From Minisyncoccota bacterium (GTDB lineage Bacteria; Patescibacteriota; Minisyncoccia; Phycocordibacterales; UBA6065), in assembly GCA_041661645.1 (NCBI GenBank), contig JBAZUA010000003.1, positions 22,841 through 86,840 of the forward strand: a stretch of DNA of 64,000 nt, in the 5' to 3' direction. This document shows positions 48,177 through 57,250 of this stretch, one piece after another (positions within the stretch are counted from its first letter, which is position 1; each line of letters opens with the position of its first letter). Below the pieces are notes generated by a model. That model was given only the letters and a program-made list of their open reading frames with translations. It made no database searches and was not told the DNA's origin. The position numbers were made by a program, and so were the translations under genes.

Positions 48177-48650
48177 ATGCAAATTAATATCCCAGTTAAA
48201 GTTACGTCCGTAGAGACCTTCGGTCAAATCACCATAATCGGAGGTCAAAGCGATCTCACCGTCAGTGATTATGATTTTGAGCCTGGAAAGCATAATCGTG
48301 TCGAATATGGACGCTTTCAACATCCGTCTGGCCCAGTGACTTATGATGTGTGCGTCTTCGACTTCCACCCCGGCGTCTTCTGTGTCGGTGGGGCGATACT
48401 CTCTATTGAGTCTGCTGGATGGCAAGTTGCAGATTACACGCATCTGGTTCATTGGCTCAAGGGCAACAACAAGGATGCTTTCGGAGAGAAAGCGGTAGTT
48501 GCGCTCGGCTCGGCCAGTTCGGGTTTTGGCGGATCGACTTTTTATCCCTCGACTAAGATGAGTGGGAATAAAAAGCGGAGAATTTATCCGATTGAATTCC
48601 TATCAGGTATTCAAAACGAACGCATCCTCGCCGTTAGGCCGGTAATCTAG
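48177..48650 (+). CDS. hypothetical protein
   Basis: 157-aa ORF followed by terminator. Confidence 0.5.
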   Translation: MQINIPVKVTSVETFGQITIIGGQSDLTVSDYDFEPGKHNRVEYGRFQHPSGPVTYDVCVFDFHPGVFCVGGAILSIESAGWQVADYTHLVHWLKGNNKDAFGEKAVVALGSASSGFGGSTFYPSTKMSGNKKRRIYPIEFLSGIQNERILAVRPVI

Positions 48651-48671
48651 ACATCCACCAAGTCATTTAAG

Positions 48672-48699
48672 ACAGCCCTCTCACAAGGGGGCTGTTTTT
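48672..48699 (+). terminator. rho-independent terminator
   Basis: cagccctctcacaagggggctgtttttt. Confidence 0.7.
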
Positions 48700-48822
48700 T
48701 CATGCAGGGAATGTTTATGGATGTGTTTATAAACATCCCTGACATTCGACCCAACATTAACTTTTTTCATTTGGTTTAATAACCACAAGGATTTTTCAGT
48801 TCTAACCTGGTAGACTTGATAT

Positions 48823-49728
48823 ATGAAAAATACACAAAATGGTTTTATTGTTCCATTTTCAATAGCCATTATTGGGGTATTGCTAGTAGGAGGGGGTGTT
48901 TATGTTTATCAAAAGAAAGCACCCCACCAACAAAACACGAAAGAAAATTCCGATACTGTGGTAGCAACATCTACTAAAACCAATGACGTTGGTGTGATAT
49001 CAACAAGTACAAAAAGCATGCCAAAAACGTCTTTGTCTCCAAAACCAAAATTCGATCCGTATGCACCAATGATCAGGCCTATCCCTGGTATCCACGGAAT
49101 GGAAACCGAAGATCTTACAAATCTTAAGTATCCCGATTGTTCAGCAGCGAGTACGCGCTCTGAGTATCACCCTGGACCAATTAATCTTACATCTAAAACT
49201 GGATTAATTGTTCAAGAGGAAAAGAATTACTATAACGTTAATGGTACAAATGAGTCACAGATATATTATGAGATATGGAATTGCACCATTCCAGTACGTG
49301 ATATGAATAATGGTGCCGACGCTATTACAGAAAGTTATTTAAATTACGATTTTAAATACGATACGATTAATAACAAGGTTTGCGGTATAAATAATGTAAC
49401 TGTTGGCGTCCATGTATCATATTTACTCCCTCGATGGATTTATGCGAAAGAGGCATCTGGGCCATTACTGAATATATGGAATACATATTTCGTTGCAATA
49501 CAAAAACATGAAGAACACCACGGTTCTATAGCGAAAGAATACGGCAACAAACTATATCTGTATCTGAGTGAATTATCTGCAAGTAAAGCTTGTGTGCCGT
49601 CTTTAGATTCAGTTGAGAGTAAGTTTAATGACACGATTAATGAACTTGATGCTGCCCAAGCGAAATACGATCTAGAGGTAGATCACGGAGTTAAGGAAGG
49701 CGTTTTTTCTCCTTTTGATAACATTTGA
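48823..49728 (+). CDS. membrane-anchored putative Zn-dependent protease (DUF922-like, HExxH)
   Basis: N-terminal TM; KHEEHHGSIAKEYG HExxH motif. Confidence 0.45.
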   Translation: MKNTQNGFIVPFSIAIIGVLLVGGGVYVYQKKAPHQQNTKENSDTVVATSTKTNDVGVISTSTKSMPKTSLSPKPKFDPYAPMIRPIPGIHGMETEDLTNLKYPDCSAASTRSEYHPGPINLTSKTGLIVQEEKNYYNVNGTNESQIYYEIWNCTIPVRDMNNGADAITESYLNYDFKYDTINNKVCGINNVTVGVHVSYLLPRWIYAKEASGPLLNIWNTYFVAIQKHEEHHGSIAKEYGNKLYLYLSELSASKACVPSLDSVESKFNDTINELDAAQAKYDLEVDHGVKEGVFSPFDNI

Positions 49729-49806
49729 TCTCGAGTCTGTGTGGTGAATTCGGGTATGATGAAATTAGGAATGAGAATCGTCACATCATCCTTCCTCTCA
49801 AACACG

Positions 49807-49832
49807 GTTCTAACATCCTCCACCACGGCACA
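49807..49832 (+). repeat. repeat copy G (GTTCTAACATCCTCCACCACGGCACA...)
   Basis: 24/26 match to consensus. Confidence 0.7.
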
Positions 49833-49860
49833 TCGATTTTGACTCTGTTATACTTCAGGC

Positions 49861-50217
49861 ATGCTGTTTGATGCAATACTTTATTTTGTAGTAGGAGGGG
49901 CATTCACCGCCCTTATTGTTCTCTTGGAAGAAAGCGGGTTCAGGCTCCTCTCTGGGCTTGCTGCTTTGGTTCCGGTCTTTACCCTCATTTCATATATTTT
50001 CATTGGTGAATCCAGGGGCGGATATGCCGTCGGTCAGCATTCTAAGCTTGTCTTGCTCGGGACGCTTGTCTCGTGGGTGCCATATATGATTGTCGTCGCA
50101 TATCTCTCTCCGAGGATCGGACCGCACAAGGCGATCGCTATCGGCATGGGCGTATTTTTCGTGTTGGCCACGGCCTTCCTGCTCATCGTCGCTCGATATG
50201 GCCTTTTTCAGGAATAG
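49861..50217 (+). CDS. small multi-pass membrane protein (hypothetical)
   Basis: 118 aa, 4 predicted TMs. Confidence 0.5.
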   Translation: MLFDAILYFVVGGAFTALIVLLEESGFRLLSGLAALVPVFTLISYIFIGESRGGYAVGQHSKLVLLGTLVSWVPYMIVVAYLSPRIGPHKAIAIGMGVFFVLATAFLLIVARYGLFQE

Positions 50218-50479
50218 ACCATCGCCATCAAATCCGGTTTTCCTTTAATTCCCGGTCTTGCCCGTGGTCGCGCCCGCTCGCTTGACTCCCGTTTCGGTAT
50301 CATGTAACATTCAAACATACATTTGAATGTATCCGCGTACTCGAGCCGATCGTTCTCGGGTACCCGGCTTCGGGTCACCTTTTGGCTGTTCTGTGTATTG
50401 GGATAATCACGCTCCTTACGGCGATAACCGGTTTTTGCCCATCATATAGACCCTTCGGTTCCTCGATAAAGAAACATCC

Positions 50480-50926
50480 ATGCCTTCTCATCACCAAGTG
50501 AATATGTCTGAAACTAAAAATAGCCTTCGAGGCAAGACCTTCGCGGGTTTTGGTGCCGTTGCGCTTGTCGCCGCTCTGTTGTTTTTGGTAAGTAGTTTTA
50601 GCGGTCCATCATCTGGCTATAACACAACACTCGGTTCCCAAGAATTTATATCGAGATACAGGGCCACTCCGAACGCCGAGCTTGTGGATGTTCGAACTCC
50701 AGCTGAGTTTGATTCGGGGCACATTGCCGGAGCGGTTGACATTGATTTTGAGGGACCGGGTTTTGAGGCGGCGGTCAAAGCGCTTGATCGGTCAAAGACG
50801 TATTTCGTCTATTGTCATTCTGGAAATAGATCAGGAAAAGCGACGGCTGTCATGCGACAAGAGGGTATCGCCCACATATATCAGTTGCAGGGCGGCGTCG
50901 CTTCCGCTTCGGCGCTAGTACGATAA
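50480..50926 (+). CDS. rhodanese-like sulfurtransferase with N-terminal TM
   Basis: Active-site loop CHSGNRSG. Confidence 0.75.
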   Translation: MPSHHQVNMSETKNSLRGKTFAGFGAVALVAALLFLVSSFSGPSSGYNTTLGSQEFISRYRATPNAELVDVRTPAEFDSGHIAGAVDIDFEGPGFEAAVKALDRSKTYFVYCHSGNRSGKATAVMRQEGIAHIYQLQGGVASASALVR

Positions 50927-50930
50927 ACGC

Positions 50931-51254
50931 ATGCATATAAATGTTTGTATGAAAGAACAAATTAAACAAAACAAAGTAGAGTCGCTGGCAAAAAAGCTTT
51001 TGATTGCCGGAGACTCGACGAGGCTCAAGATCCTATGCGTTATTTTTGATGATAGGAAAGCGTGCGTGTCAGAGATAGCCAAGAGGCTTGATATGGGCGT
51101 CGCCATCGTGTCGCACCACCTGCAGTCTCTGGCAAAGGCGGGGTTTCTTGAATCAAATCGAGAGGGAAGGCAGATTTGCTACTCACTTCTCAGGTCACGG
51201 TTCAATAGCGACCTGAAGGAGTTTATCTGTCGAAATAAGCAGAAAAACACATGA
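50931..51254 (+). CDS. ArsR/SmtB family transcriptional regulator
   Basis: wHTH ...CVSEIAKRLDMGVAIVSHHLQSLAKAGFL. Confidence 0.7.
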   Translation: MHINVCMKEQIKQNKVESLAKKLLIAGDSTRLKILCVIFDDRKACVSEIAKRLDMGVAIVSHHLQSLAKAGFLESNREGRQICYSLLRSRFNSDLKEFICRNKQKNT

Positions 51255-51377
51255 ACGCGACAGGGGTGTCACAAGTTATGGGTCGCCGTCGGTGACAAGG
51301 GGCGGGCGGTAAAGATGGTCAGGGGGTGTCAGCCGGAAGGATTCAGAAAGTCACTATCAAAATAATTAACACAAAAT

Positions 51378-51707
51378 ATGTCCAAAGTCTTAAACATCAA
51401 TGCGGATCAATTCGAAAAAGAGGTGATTCAATCCAAAGTCCCTGTTCTTGTTGATTTTTGGGCGCCTTGGTGCACGCCGTGCAAGATGATGGGCCCGGTT
51501 CTTGACGAGGTGGCAAAAGATGTGGGGGAGAAGGCGGGGGTCATAAAAATCGACGTCAATGATTCGCAAAACATCGCCCTCGCCCAGATGTTTCAAATTA
51601 TGAGCATACCAAGCATGAAGATATTCAAAGGCGGTGAAGTCGTGGGGGAGTATGTCGGCATGAGGTCAAAAGAAGATCTCGTCGATGGGCTCAGGGAGAA
51701 TATGTAG
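51378..51707 (+). CDS. trxA: thioredoxin
   Basis: WAPWCTPCK active site, 109 aa. Confidence 0.85.
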   Translation: MSKVLNINADQFEKEVIQSKVPVLVDFWAPWCTPCKMMGPVLDEVAKDVGEKAGVIKIDVNDSQNIALAQMFQIMSIPSMKIFKGGEVVGEYVGMRSKEDLVDGLRENM

Positions 51708-51903
51708 GCTTAAGTGATGTTCCTTGGTGGGATAGAGGAATACGGCATGAACAAGTGAAATCGCGATAATCGAAGGCCGTTTCTGAGGAGAGATACCCCA
51801 AAGAGGCCAAGGAAAGAAAATACGCGCCCTCGTTGTATTAGGGGTGTGAGGGTTGAAAGATGTAAAAATCAATTTTTCCTTCGTAACTCTAAATAAAAAC
51901 AAA

Positions 51904-52290
51904 ATGAAAAAAATAACATTAGGACTAGGGATATCGGCGGCTATCTTGGGAGTGACGGCTGTCTCTGCTGGGTCCGCCCTCGCGTATAGAGGCGATCCTA
52001 CGGCACAGGGCCCAAATTATTCGACAGAGCGCCATTCTGCGATGGTGAGGGCGCTTGAGGCTGGTGACTACGGCGCCTGGAAGAGTCTCGTGCAAAATCG
52101 AGGTAGGGTTGCCCAAGTCATTACCAAGGGAGACTTTTCGAAGTTTGTGGAGGCACACAACCTTGCCCTGCAGGGTAAAACGCTTGAGGCTCAGAAGATT
52201 CGTCAGGGACTTGGATTGGGCCTGCAGAATGGTTCCGCAAGGACCAGCGGCGGCATGATGGGGCGGATGGGCGGGAATTTCAATCGTTAA
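51904..52290 (+). CDS. secreted hypothetical protein
   Basis: Signal peptide MKKITLGLGISAAILGVTAVSAGSALA; start chosen at internal Met of 51853 ORF. Confidence 0.45.
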   Translation: MKKITLGLGISAAILGVTAVSAGSALAYRGDPTAQGPNYSTERHSAMVRALEAGDYGAWKSLVQNRGRVAQVITKGDFSKFVEAHNLALQGKTLEAQKIRQGLGLGLQNGSARTSGGMMGRMGGNFNR

Positions 52291-52369
52291 TTGGAACGGG
52301 TCAATGGTCAAGCTCCGGCATTCGTCGGAGTTTGATGTACCCATGAGGGATGTGGGATAAAATACACGT

Positions 52370-52912
52370 ATGAGTGAGACCTTAAAGTTTACCGATGAAG
52401 AGATCGTCGAAAAAGTTCGCTCAGGTGATCGGGATCTCTATGCGATCATAATTGAGAGATATAAAGACAAGTTATTGAGATATGCGGCAAATATGCTGCG
52501 GGATAATGATAGGGCGGTTAATCTTGTCCAGGATTCCCTGGTAAAGGCATATATAAATCTCAATGGCTTTAATACCCAAAAGAAGTTTTCCAGCTGGATA
52601 TACCGCATCGTTCACAACGAGGCGATCAACTTGATAAAGAAGCGTCAAAAGGAAATACCGATACCGGACAGCTTTGACTTTGAAAGTGAACAGGATATTA
52701 CAAAAGAGTTTGAGGAGAAGGAGACGGCGATATATGTGGAGAAGTGTTTGGGTGCTATGCCGCTTATATATTCTGAGCCGTTGAGCTTATATTATTTAGA
52801 TGAGAAGTCCTACGCTGAAATAGGTGAGATTCTCAGGATTCCGATTGGTACGGTCGCGACAAGGATGAGCAGAGCGAAAAAATTAATGAAACACATATGT
52901 CAAAAGAATTAA
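52370..52912 (+). CDS. ECF-type RNA polymerase sigma factor
   Basis: Region 2 (LVQDSLVKAYINL) and region 4 HTH (EIGEILRIPIGTVATRMSRAKKL). Confidence 0.8.
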   Translation: MSETLKFTDEEIVEKVRSGDRDLYAIIIERYKDKLLRYAANMLRDNDRAVNLVQDSLVKAYINLNGFNTQKKFSSWIYRIVHNEAINLIKKRQKEIPIPDSFDFESEQDITKEFEEKETAIYVEKCLGAMPLIYSEPLSLYYLDEKSYAEIGEILRIPIGTVATRMSRAKKLMKHICQKN

Positions 52913-53403
52913 AAGACATCACGGACGATATCATGGGTCAGATCCACGACAGGAAGATAAAGATGCGTCCCAGAATGTGTTTCATTGCCGGTTCAATACT
53001 TACCTTTGTGGGACTTGTCTCCTCGGTTGTGGTTTCTGTTTTCCTGGTCGGGCTTATACGCTTCTCGCTCCGATCGCACGGGCCGATGGCTGGCTATAGA
53101 TTGAATCAGGTGCTTTTCAGTTTTCCGTGGTGGGCCCCTGCGCTCGCCCTTGTTGGGCTGGTTGTTGGGATATGGCTTCTTCGCAAGTACGATTTTTCTT
53201 TTAAGGTAAACTTCAGGGTTATAATCGCCGGATTTGTCTTGGCGGTAATTGCTGCTGGTTGGATCATTGATGGTATTGGCTTGAATGATCTCTTGGTACG
53301 GCGCGGCCCAATGCAGGGCATGATGCGGCAATATGTGCAGGATAATAATCCTCAAGGCATGCGAGGCGGTGGTCAAGGTTGGGGTACGAATAGGGGAAAT
53401 TGA
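52897..53403 (+). CDS. putative membrane anti-sigma factor
   Basis: 16-nt overlap with sigma gene; multi-TM protein. Confidence 0.45.
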   Translation: MSKELKDITDDIMGQIHDRKIKMRPRMCFIAGSILTFVGLVSSVVVSVFLVGLIRFSLRSHGPMAGYRLNQVLFSFPWWAPALALVGLVVGIWLLRKYDFSFKVNFRVIIAGFVLAVIAAGWIIDGIGLNDLLVRRGPMQGMMRQYVQDNNPQGMRGGGQGWGTNRGN

Positions 53404-53499
53404 TCTCAGTCGGGAATTGTCTGGGTACGGTGGATCGTGGTATGTCTACGTTAAAACCCAGTACCCGACCCAAAGGATTTTTTTGCTATACTCTGAATC

Positions 53500-55083
53500 A
53501 TGTCTTTGACCGAAGAATCGAAAATGTACCTCGTCGGCGGCGGCATCGCATCGTTGTCCGCGGCCGTGTATCTCATAAGGGATGCGAAGGTGAAAGGATC
53601 CAACATTCACATTCTGGAGGAGTCTCAGGGGATCGGTGGCAGCCTCGACGCCAAAGACCTTTCCTCGTCTGAGGGCTATTCGATGCGGGGAATCAGGATG
53701 TTTGAGGAAAAGACCTATAACTGCCTGTTCGACCTCATGGCGTCCATCCCGTCTCTCAATGCCCCGGGAAAGACTCTGCGACAGGAGTTTGTGGACTACA
53801 ACAGACAGAACAAGACCTACTCAAAGGCAAGGCTTCTCAGGGCCGGAAATGCAATCGACGGAAGACCCTTGGGGCTAAGTGCCGGGGATCGACTCAACCT
53901 CCTTGGCCTGGTCCTCAGGCGGGAGTCCTCTCTGGAGGGTATGGAGATAGGGCGATATTTCACCGCCTCCTTTTTCCGTTCCAATTTCTGGTATGAGTTC
54001 TGCACCGTGTTCGCGTTTCAGCCGTGGCACAGCCTGACGGAGTTCAGGAGATATCTTTTCCGATTCATTCAGGATTTCTCGAGCATCGACACTCTGAAGA
54101 GCATAGAGAGCTCGCCCTACAATCAGCACGAGTTTCTCGTGCTGCCGATCGTCGATTGGCTGAAGCGGGAGGGTGTGACGTTCGCGACCGGCACCAGGGT
54201 TACTGACCTTGAACTCATCTCGACTGCACATGAAAAGAGGGTGGGGTGCATTCATTACGAAAGAGAGGGAAAGGCGGGCAAGATCGCCCTTGGCGATGAT
54301 TTCGTGTTCGTGACCCTCGGCTCGCTCGTCGCGAATTCGAGCACGGGTTCGATGAGTGCGGCACCCTTGTCGAATCTCGACAGGAAGGATGCGTCGTGGG
54401 CCCTGTGGGAGAACCTCTCGAAGGGCCGACCCGAGTTCGGCAGGCCTTCCGTCTTCAGCGGCGACGTCGAGAAATCGACGTGGACATCCTTTACCGTCAC
54501 GTTTCGCGACCCGCTCTTTTTGGATCTCATGGACAGGTTCATCCACAGGGATGTGAATGCCTATGGGGGAGTGAACATCATTGACTCGAACTGGCTCATC
54601 TCCATCGTGCTGTCCTACAAGCCTTATTTTATCAATCAGCCGGAAGGCGTTAGTTTGTGCTGGGGCTACGGATTGCTTTCTGAGCAGAAGGGAAACTTTG
54701 TCCAAAAGAAAATGTTGGAATGCACCGGAAAAGAGATTCTCACCGAACTGCTGTGCCATCTTGGTTTTGAGGAGCACCTTGAGGCGATCATGAAGAGTGC
54801 CGTGTGCATTCCGTGCACGACCCCGTTCGTGACGAGCCTGTTTCTGCCCAGGAAGAGATCTGACAGGCCTTTGGTCGTGCCAGAGGGCGCCGCGAACTTC
54901 GCTTTTCTGGGCCAATACTGTGAGATCCCGCACGAGGTGGTGTTCACTGTCGAGCACTCCGTGCGCTCTGCCCAGATTGCCGTCTATTCGCTTCTTGGTC
55001 TGAATAAGAAGGTTGCCCCGATCTATAGGGGAGTCCGACACGTCAGCATCCTCTATCAGGCCATGAGAACCCTGCTTAGATAG
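53500..55083 (+). CDS. oleate hydratase (MCRA family, FAD-dependent)
   Basis: N-terminal MYLVGGGIASLSAAVYL FAD fold; overall MCRA-like 527 aa. Confidence 0.75.
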   Translation: MSLTEESKMYLVGGGIASLSAAVYLIRDAKVKGSNIHILEESQGIGGSLDAKDLSSSEGYSMRGIRMFEEKTYNCLFDLMASIPSLNAPGKTLRQEFVDYNRQNKTYSKARLLRAGNAIDGRPLGLSAGDRLNLLGLVLRRESSLEGMEIGRYFTASFFRSNFWYEFCTVFAFQPWHSLTEFRRYLFRFIQDFSSIDTLKSIESSPYNQHEFLVLPIVDWLKREGVTFATGTRVTDLELISTAHEKRVGCIHYEREGKAGKIALGDDFVFVTLGSLVANSSTGSMSAAPLSNLDRKDASWALWENLSKGRPEFGRPSVFSGDVEKSTWTSFTVTFRDPLFLDLMDRFIHRDVNAYGGVNIIDSNWLISIVLSYKPYFINQPEGVSLCWGYGLLSEQKGNFVQKKMLECTGKEILTELLCHLGFEEHLEAIMKSAVCIPCTTPFVTSLFLPRKRSDRPLVVPEGAANFAFLGQYCEIPHEVVFTVEHSVRSAQIAVYSLLGLNKKVAPIYRGVRHVSILYQAMRTLLR

Positions 55084-55150
55084 GGGGTCAGCGGGGAATG
55101 AAAAACAGCCCGCGCACTGGTTGTGTGCGGGCTGTTGCTGGTTTCACTTG

Positions 55151-55807
55151 CTAGTCGAGACGATGCAGTTCCGGGGCGACGATAGATTTGGCACTCTTGC
55201 CGTCCCACGATATGCGTCCGCACACCACGTGGTTGGTGATGATTGCCTGCCACTTGTGCTCGGCCCGGTTCACCTTCGCCGCGATGCTGTCGGGCGTGTC
55301 GTCGGGGAGTATCCGCACCTTCTTGCGAAAGAACACCCCGACCTCCGAGTCGTATTCGGACGTGACGAAATGCATCGTCACCCCCGTGTGGGTGATCTCG
55401 CCGCGTCTGTATGCCGCGATGACCGCCTCGTGGACATGATGCCCGTGGAATCCCTTGCCGCAGAACGGCGAGGGGATGAGGGCCGGATGGATGTTGAACG
55501 TCGTCCGGGGATCAAGTCCCTCGACCTGTCCGAGCCACCCCGAGAGCGCCACGAAGTCGGCCCGGGTCTCCTGGACGATTCGCCGGTAGTCCTCCGAGGT
55601 GCGACCCTTGGGGGAGTGGATGAACGGGATGCCGAACCTGTCCGCCCGCTTTCTGACCCCACCGTCCTGGTGGTTCGAGACTACTGCCACGATGGGCGAG
55701 CAAAGCATTCCGTTTTCTGTGGCGAGAACGAGCTTTTCGAAGCCCGATCCGCCGCCGTCCTGGCTTCCTGACGCGAACACGATCAGTCTGGGTGGTGTGC
55801 CTTGCAT
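55151..55807 (-). CDS. formyltransferase, PurN-like (phosphoribosylglycinamide formyltransferase family)
   Basis: NIHPALIP...GVTMHFVTSEYDSEVGV motifs; 218 aa. Confidence 0.7.
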   Translation of the reverse strand: MQGTPPRLIVFASGSQDGGGSGFEKLVLATENGMLCSPIVAVVSNHQDGGVRKRADRFGIPFIHSPKGRTSEDYRRIVQETRADFVALSGWLGQVEGLDPRTTFNIHPALIPSPFCGKGFHGHHVHEAVIAAYRRGEITHTGVTMHFVTSEYDSEVGVFFRKKVRILPDDTPDSIAAKVNRAEHKWQAIITNHVVCGRISWDGKSAKSIVAPELHRLD

Positions 55808-55871
55808 GGTATTGGGTGTGTTGAGGTTGCGATTCTCTGGTCAGACTAGCCGAAGAGGGCCTGAAAATCAA

Positions 55872-55914
55872 CAGGGCGAGGTGGGAGGAGATCAAGGGGT
55901 CGAAGTCTTGCTAG
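55872..55914 (+). repeat. orphan duplicate of def 3' end (cagggcgaggtgggaggagatcaaggggtcgaagtcttgctag)
   Basis: 39/43 identical to 40647-40689; not part of any intact ORF; followed by terminator like the original. Confidence 0.8.
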
Positions 55915-55939
55915 CGGGGAGGAGGGTATTTCAATTCAG

Positions 55940-55970
55940 GGTGCGTTTGTAAAACAACCGCACCTTTTTT
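55940..55970 (+). terminator. rho-independent terminator
   Basis: ggtgcgtttgtaaaacaaccgcacctttttt. Confidence 0.65.
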
Positions 55971-56186
55971 GTTTATTGATAACCAACCTGATGACCTGCG
56001 TAAGGGGACGGTACACTTGACATGCTTGTACTAATAACGCAGTATAATTTTGGAATTGCTTTGATTTGGCGGCTGGGACGGGGATGGTTCATCGAACGTT
56101 GAAATTGGTTGGAGAAGCAAGGGAACATCTCGGCAAACTGGCATGAAGTCAGTCCCGGAATTCGTCCTTTAACTCCAACTAATTCC

Positions 56187-56597
56187 ATGAATCTTAAGAA
56201 AAATTGGCCAATCATCCTGGTCTTCGTTCTATCAATCATCAATCTGATTCTGCCGTCGGGTCTCCCGCATGTGCAACTCTTTTTTGGAATGATTTTTGGC
56301 TTTCTGGTCGGCAGGGTTCTGAATGCTTGGCACCAGCGCAAGGAAAGCAGTTTCGATTTCCGTCGAGAAAAGACGCAAGAGCTTTTGTTCTTGTGCTCGG
56401 CGCAGTTCAGTCAGGTGATCGCGGAACTGCTGACGCTCGAGACGGCGTCGGGAGAGGGGGTTTTGGACGCTCGACACAAGAAGAGGGTTGGTATAGTCAT
56501 CGAGGACTACGATGCCTTCACTCATGCCCTGCGCGACAGTTCCGGTCTGCCCGAGGAGTTGAGGCATCTAGCCAAGGTGTTTCCGCGCAAGGTTTAG
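56187..56597 (+). CDS. hypothetical membrane protein
   Basis: Start at MNLKKNWPIILVF; terminator at 56619. Confidence 0.45.
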   Translation: MNLKKNWPIILVFVLSIINLILPSGLPHVQLFFGMIFGFLVGRVLNAWHQRKESSFDFRREKTQELLFLCSAQFSQVIAELLTLETASGEGVLDARHKKRVGIVIEDYDAFTHALRDSSGLPEELRHLAKVFPRKV

Positions 56598-56618
56598 CCT
56601 CAGCAGTTTCTGTCTTTC

Positions 56619-56647
56619 AAAGCCCCCGCCTTCCGCGGGGGCTTTTT
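56619..56647 (+). terminator. rho-independent terminator
   Basis: aaagcccccgccttccgcgggggcttttt. Confidence 0.7.
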
Positions 56648-56712
56648 ACTTGTCCTCAAGGGGACTCTCGTTGAGTTGACTGTTACATGTCGATGATGTA
56701 GTTTCAAAGAAA

Positions 56713-56883
56713 ATGACCTTAAAGAAAACATCTGACAGACAGCTTGTGGCGCTCCTTTGCTCGATGGTGACAAACGAGTCCAAGGATCCCGCGTTCTACG
56801 TCATACATAAAAAACTCGGACTTCGAAAAAAAGTCGAGAGTGAAATATTGAGGAAAATGCGCCAGGGCCAATCATGCAAGTGA
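56713..56883 (+). CDS. small hypothetical protein (56 aa; below ORF-track cutoff)
   Basis: ATG..TGA ORF followed by hairpin ggccaatcatgcaagtgattggcttttt and repeat copy I. Confidence 0.3.
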   Translation: MTLKKTSDRQLVALLCSMVTNESKDPAFYVIHKKLGLRKKVESEILRKMRQGQSCK

Positions 56884-56906
56884 TTGGCTTTTTATTTGCC
56901 CAAAGC

Positions 56907-56936
56907 GGTTCCGGCGTCCTCCACGACGGCACCCCA
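56907..56936 (+). repeat. repeat copy I (GGTTCCGGCGTCCTCCACGACGGCACCCCA)
   Basis: Shares ...CCTCCACGACGGCACCCCAAGAAA tail with copy C. Confidence 0.65.
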
Positions 56937-57250
56937 AGAAACACGAATCTGTGGCAGTTGTCTCGTACCGTATGTTTAATAAAAATACCCAGCGATTGAT
57001 TCGCGGGGTATTTGCCTTTCGGTCCTCAGACTATGGAAGGTCCTCGTGCACCAGCCTGCCATCGACGCCCATGCCTTCCCGGAGGAGGCGCTGTATGATG
57101 AGCTGTTTGCGCATGCTTATCCGCGTCGGTCCGGGCTTCTTCGTGGTTTTCTGTGTTTTCTTTCTGGTATTCTTCATAGGGTGTGTGCTTGTCTCCGGTC
57201 CCATACTATGCGTTTCGGGCGCTTTTGCAACTCTGATATAATCCCATCAT

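Noticed and set aside
55973-56341. 122-aa minus-strand ORF
   Set aside because: Overlaps the + strand membrane-protein ORF that has its own terminator; no supporting signals.
40754-56936. Interpretation of the 28-nt repeats as integron attC sites
   Set aside because: The repeat ends do not fit the attC core GTTRRRY / inverse core RYYYAAC, no extended imperfect palindrome of attC type is evident, and no intI is in the window; kept as an unclassified repeat family.
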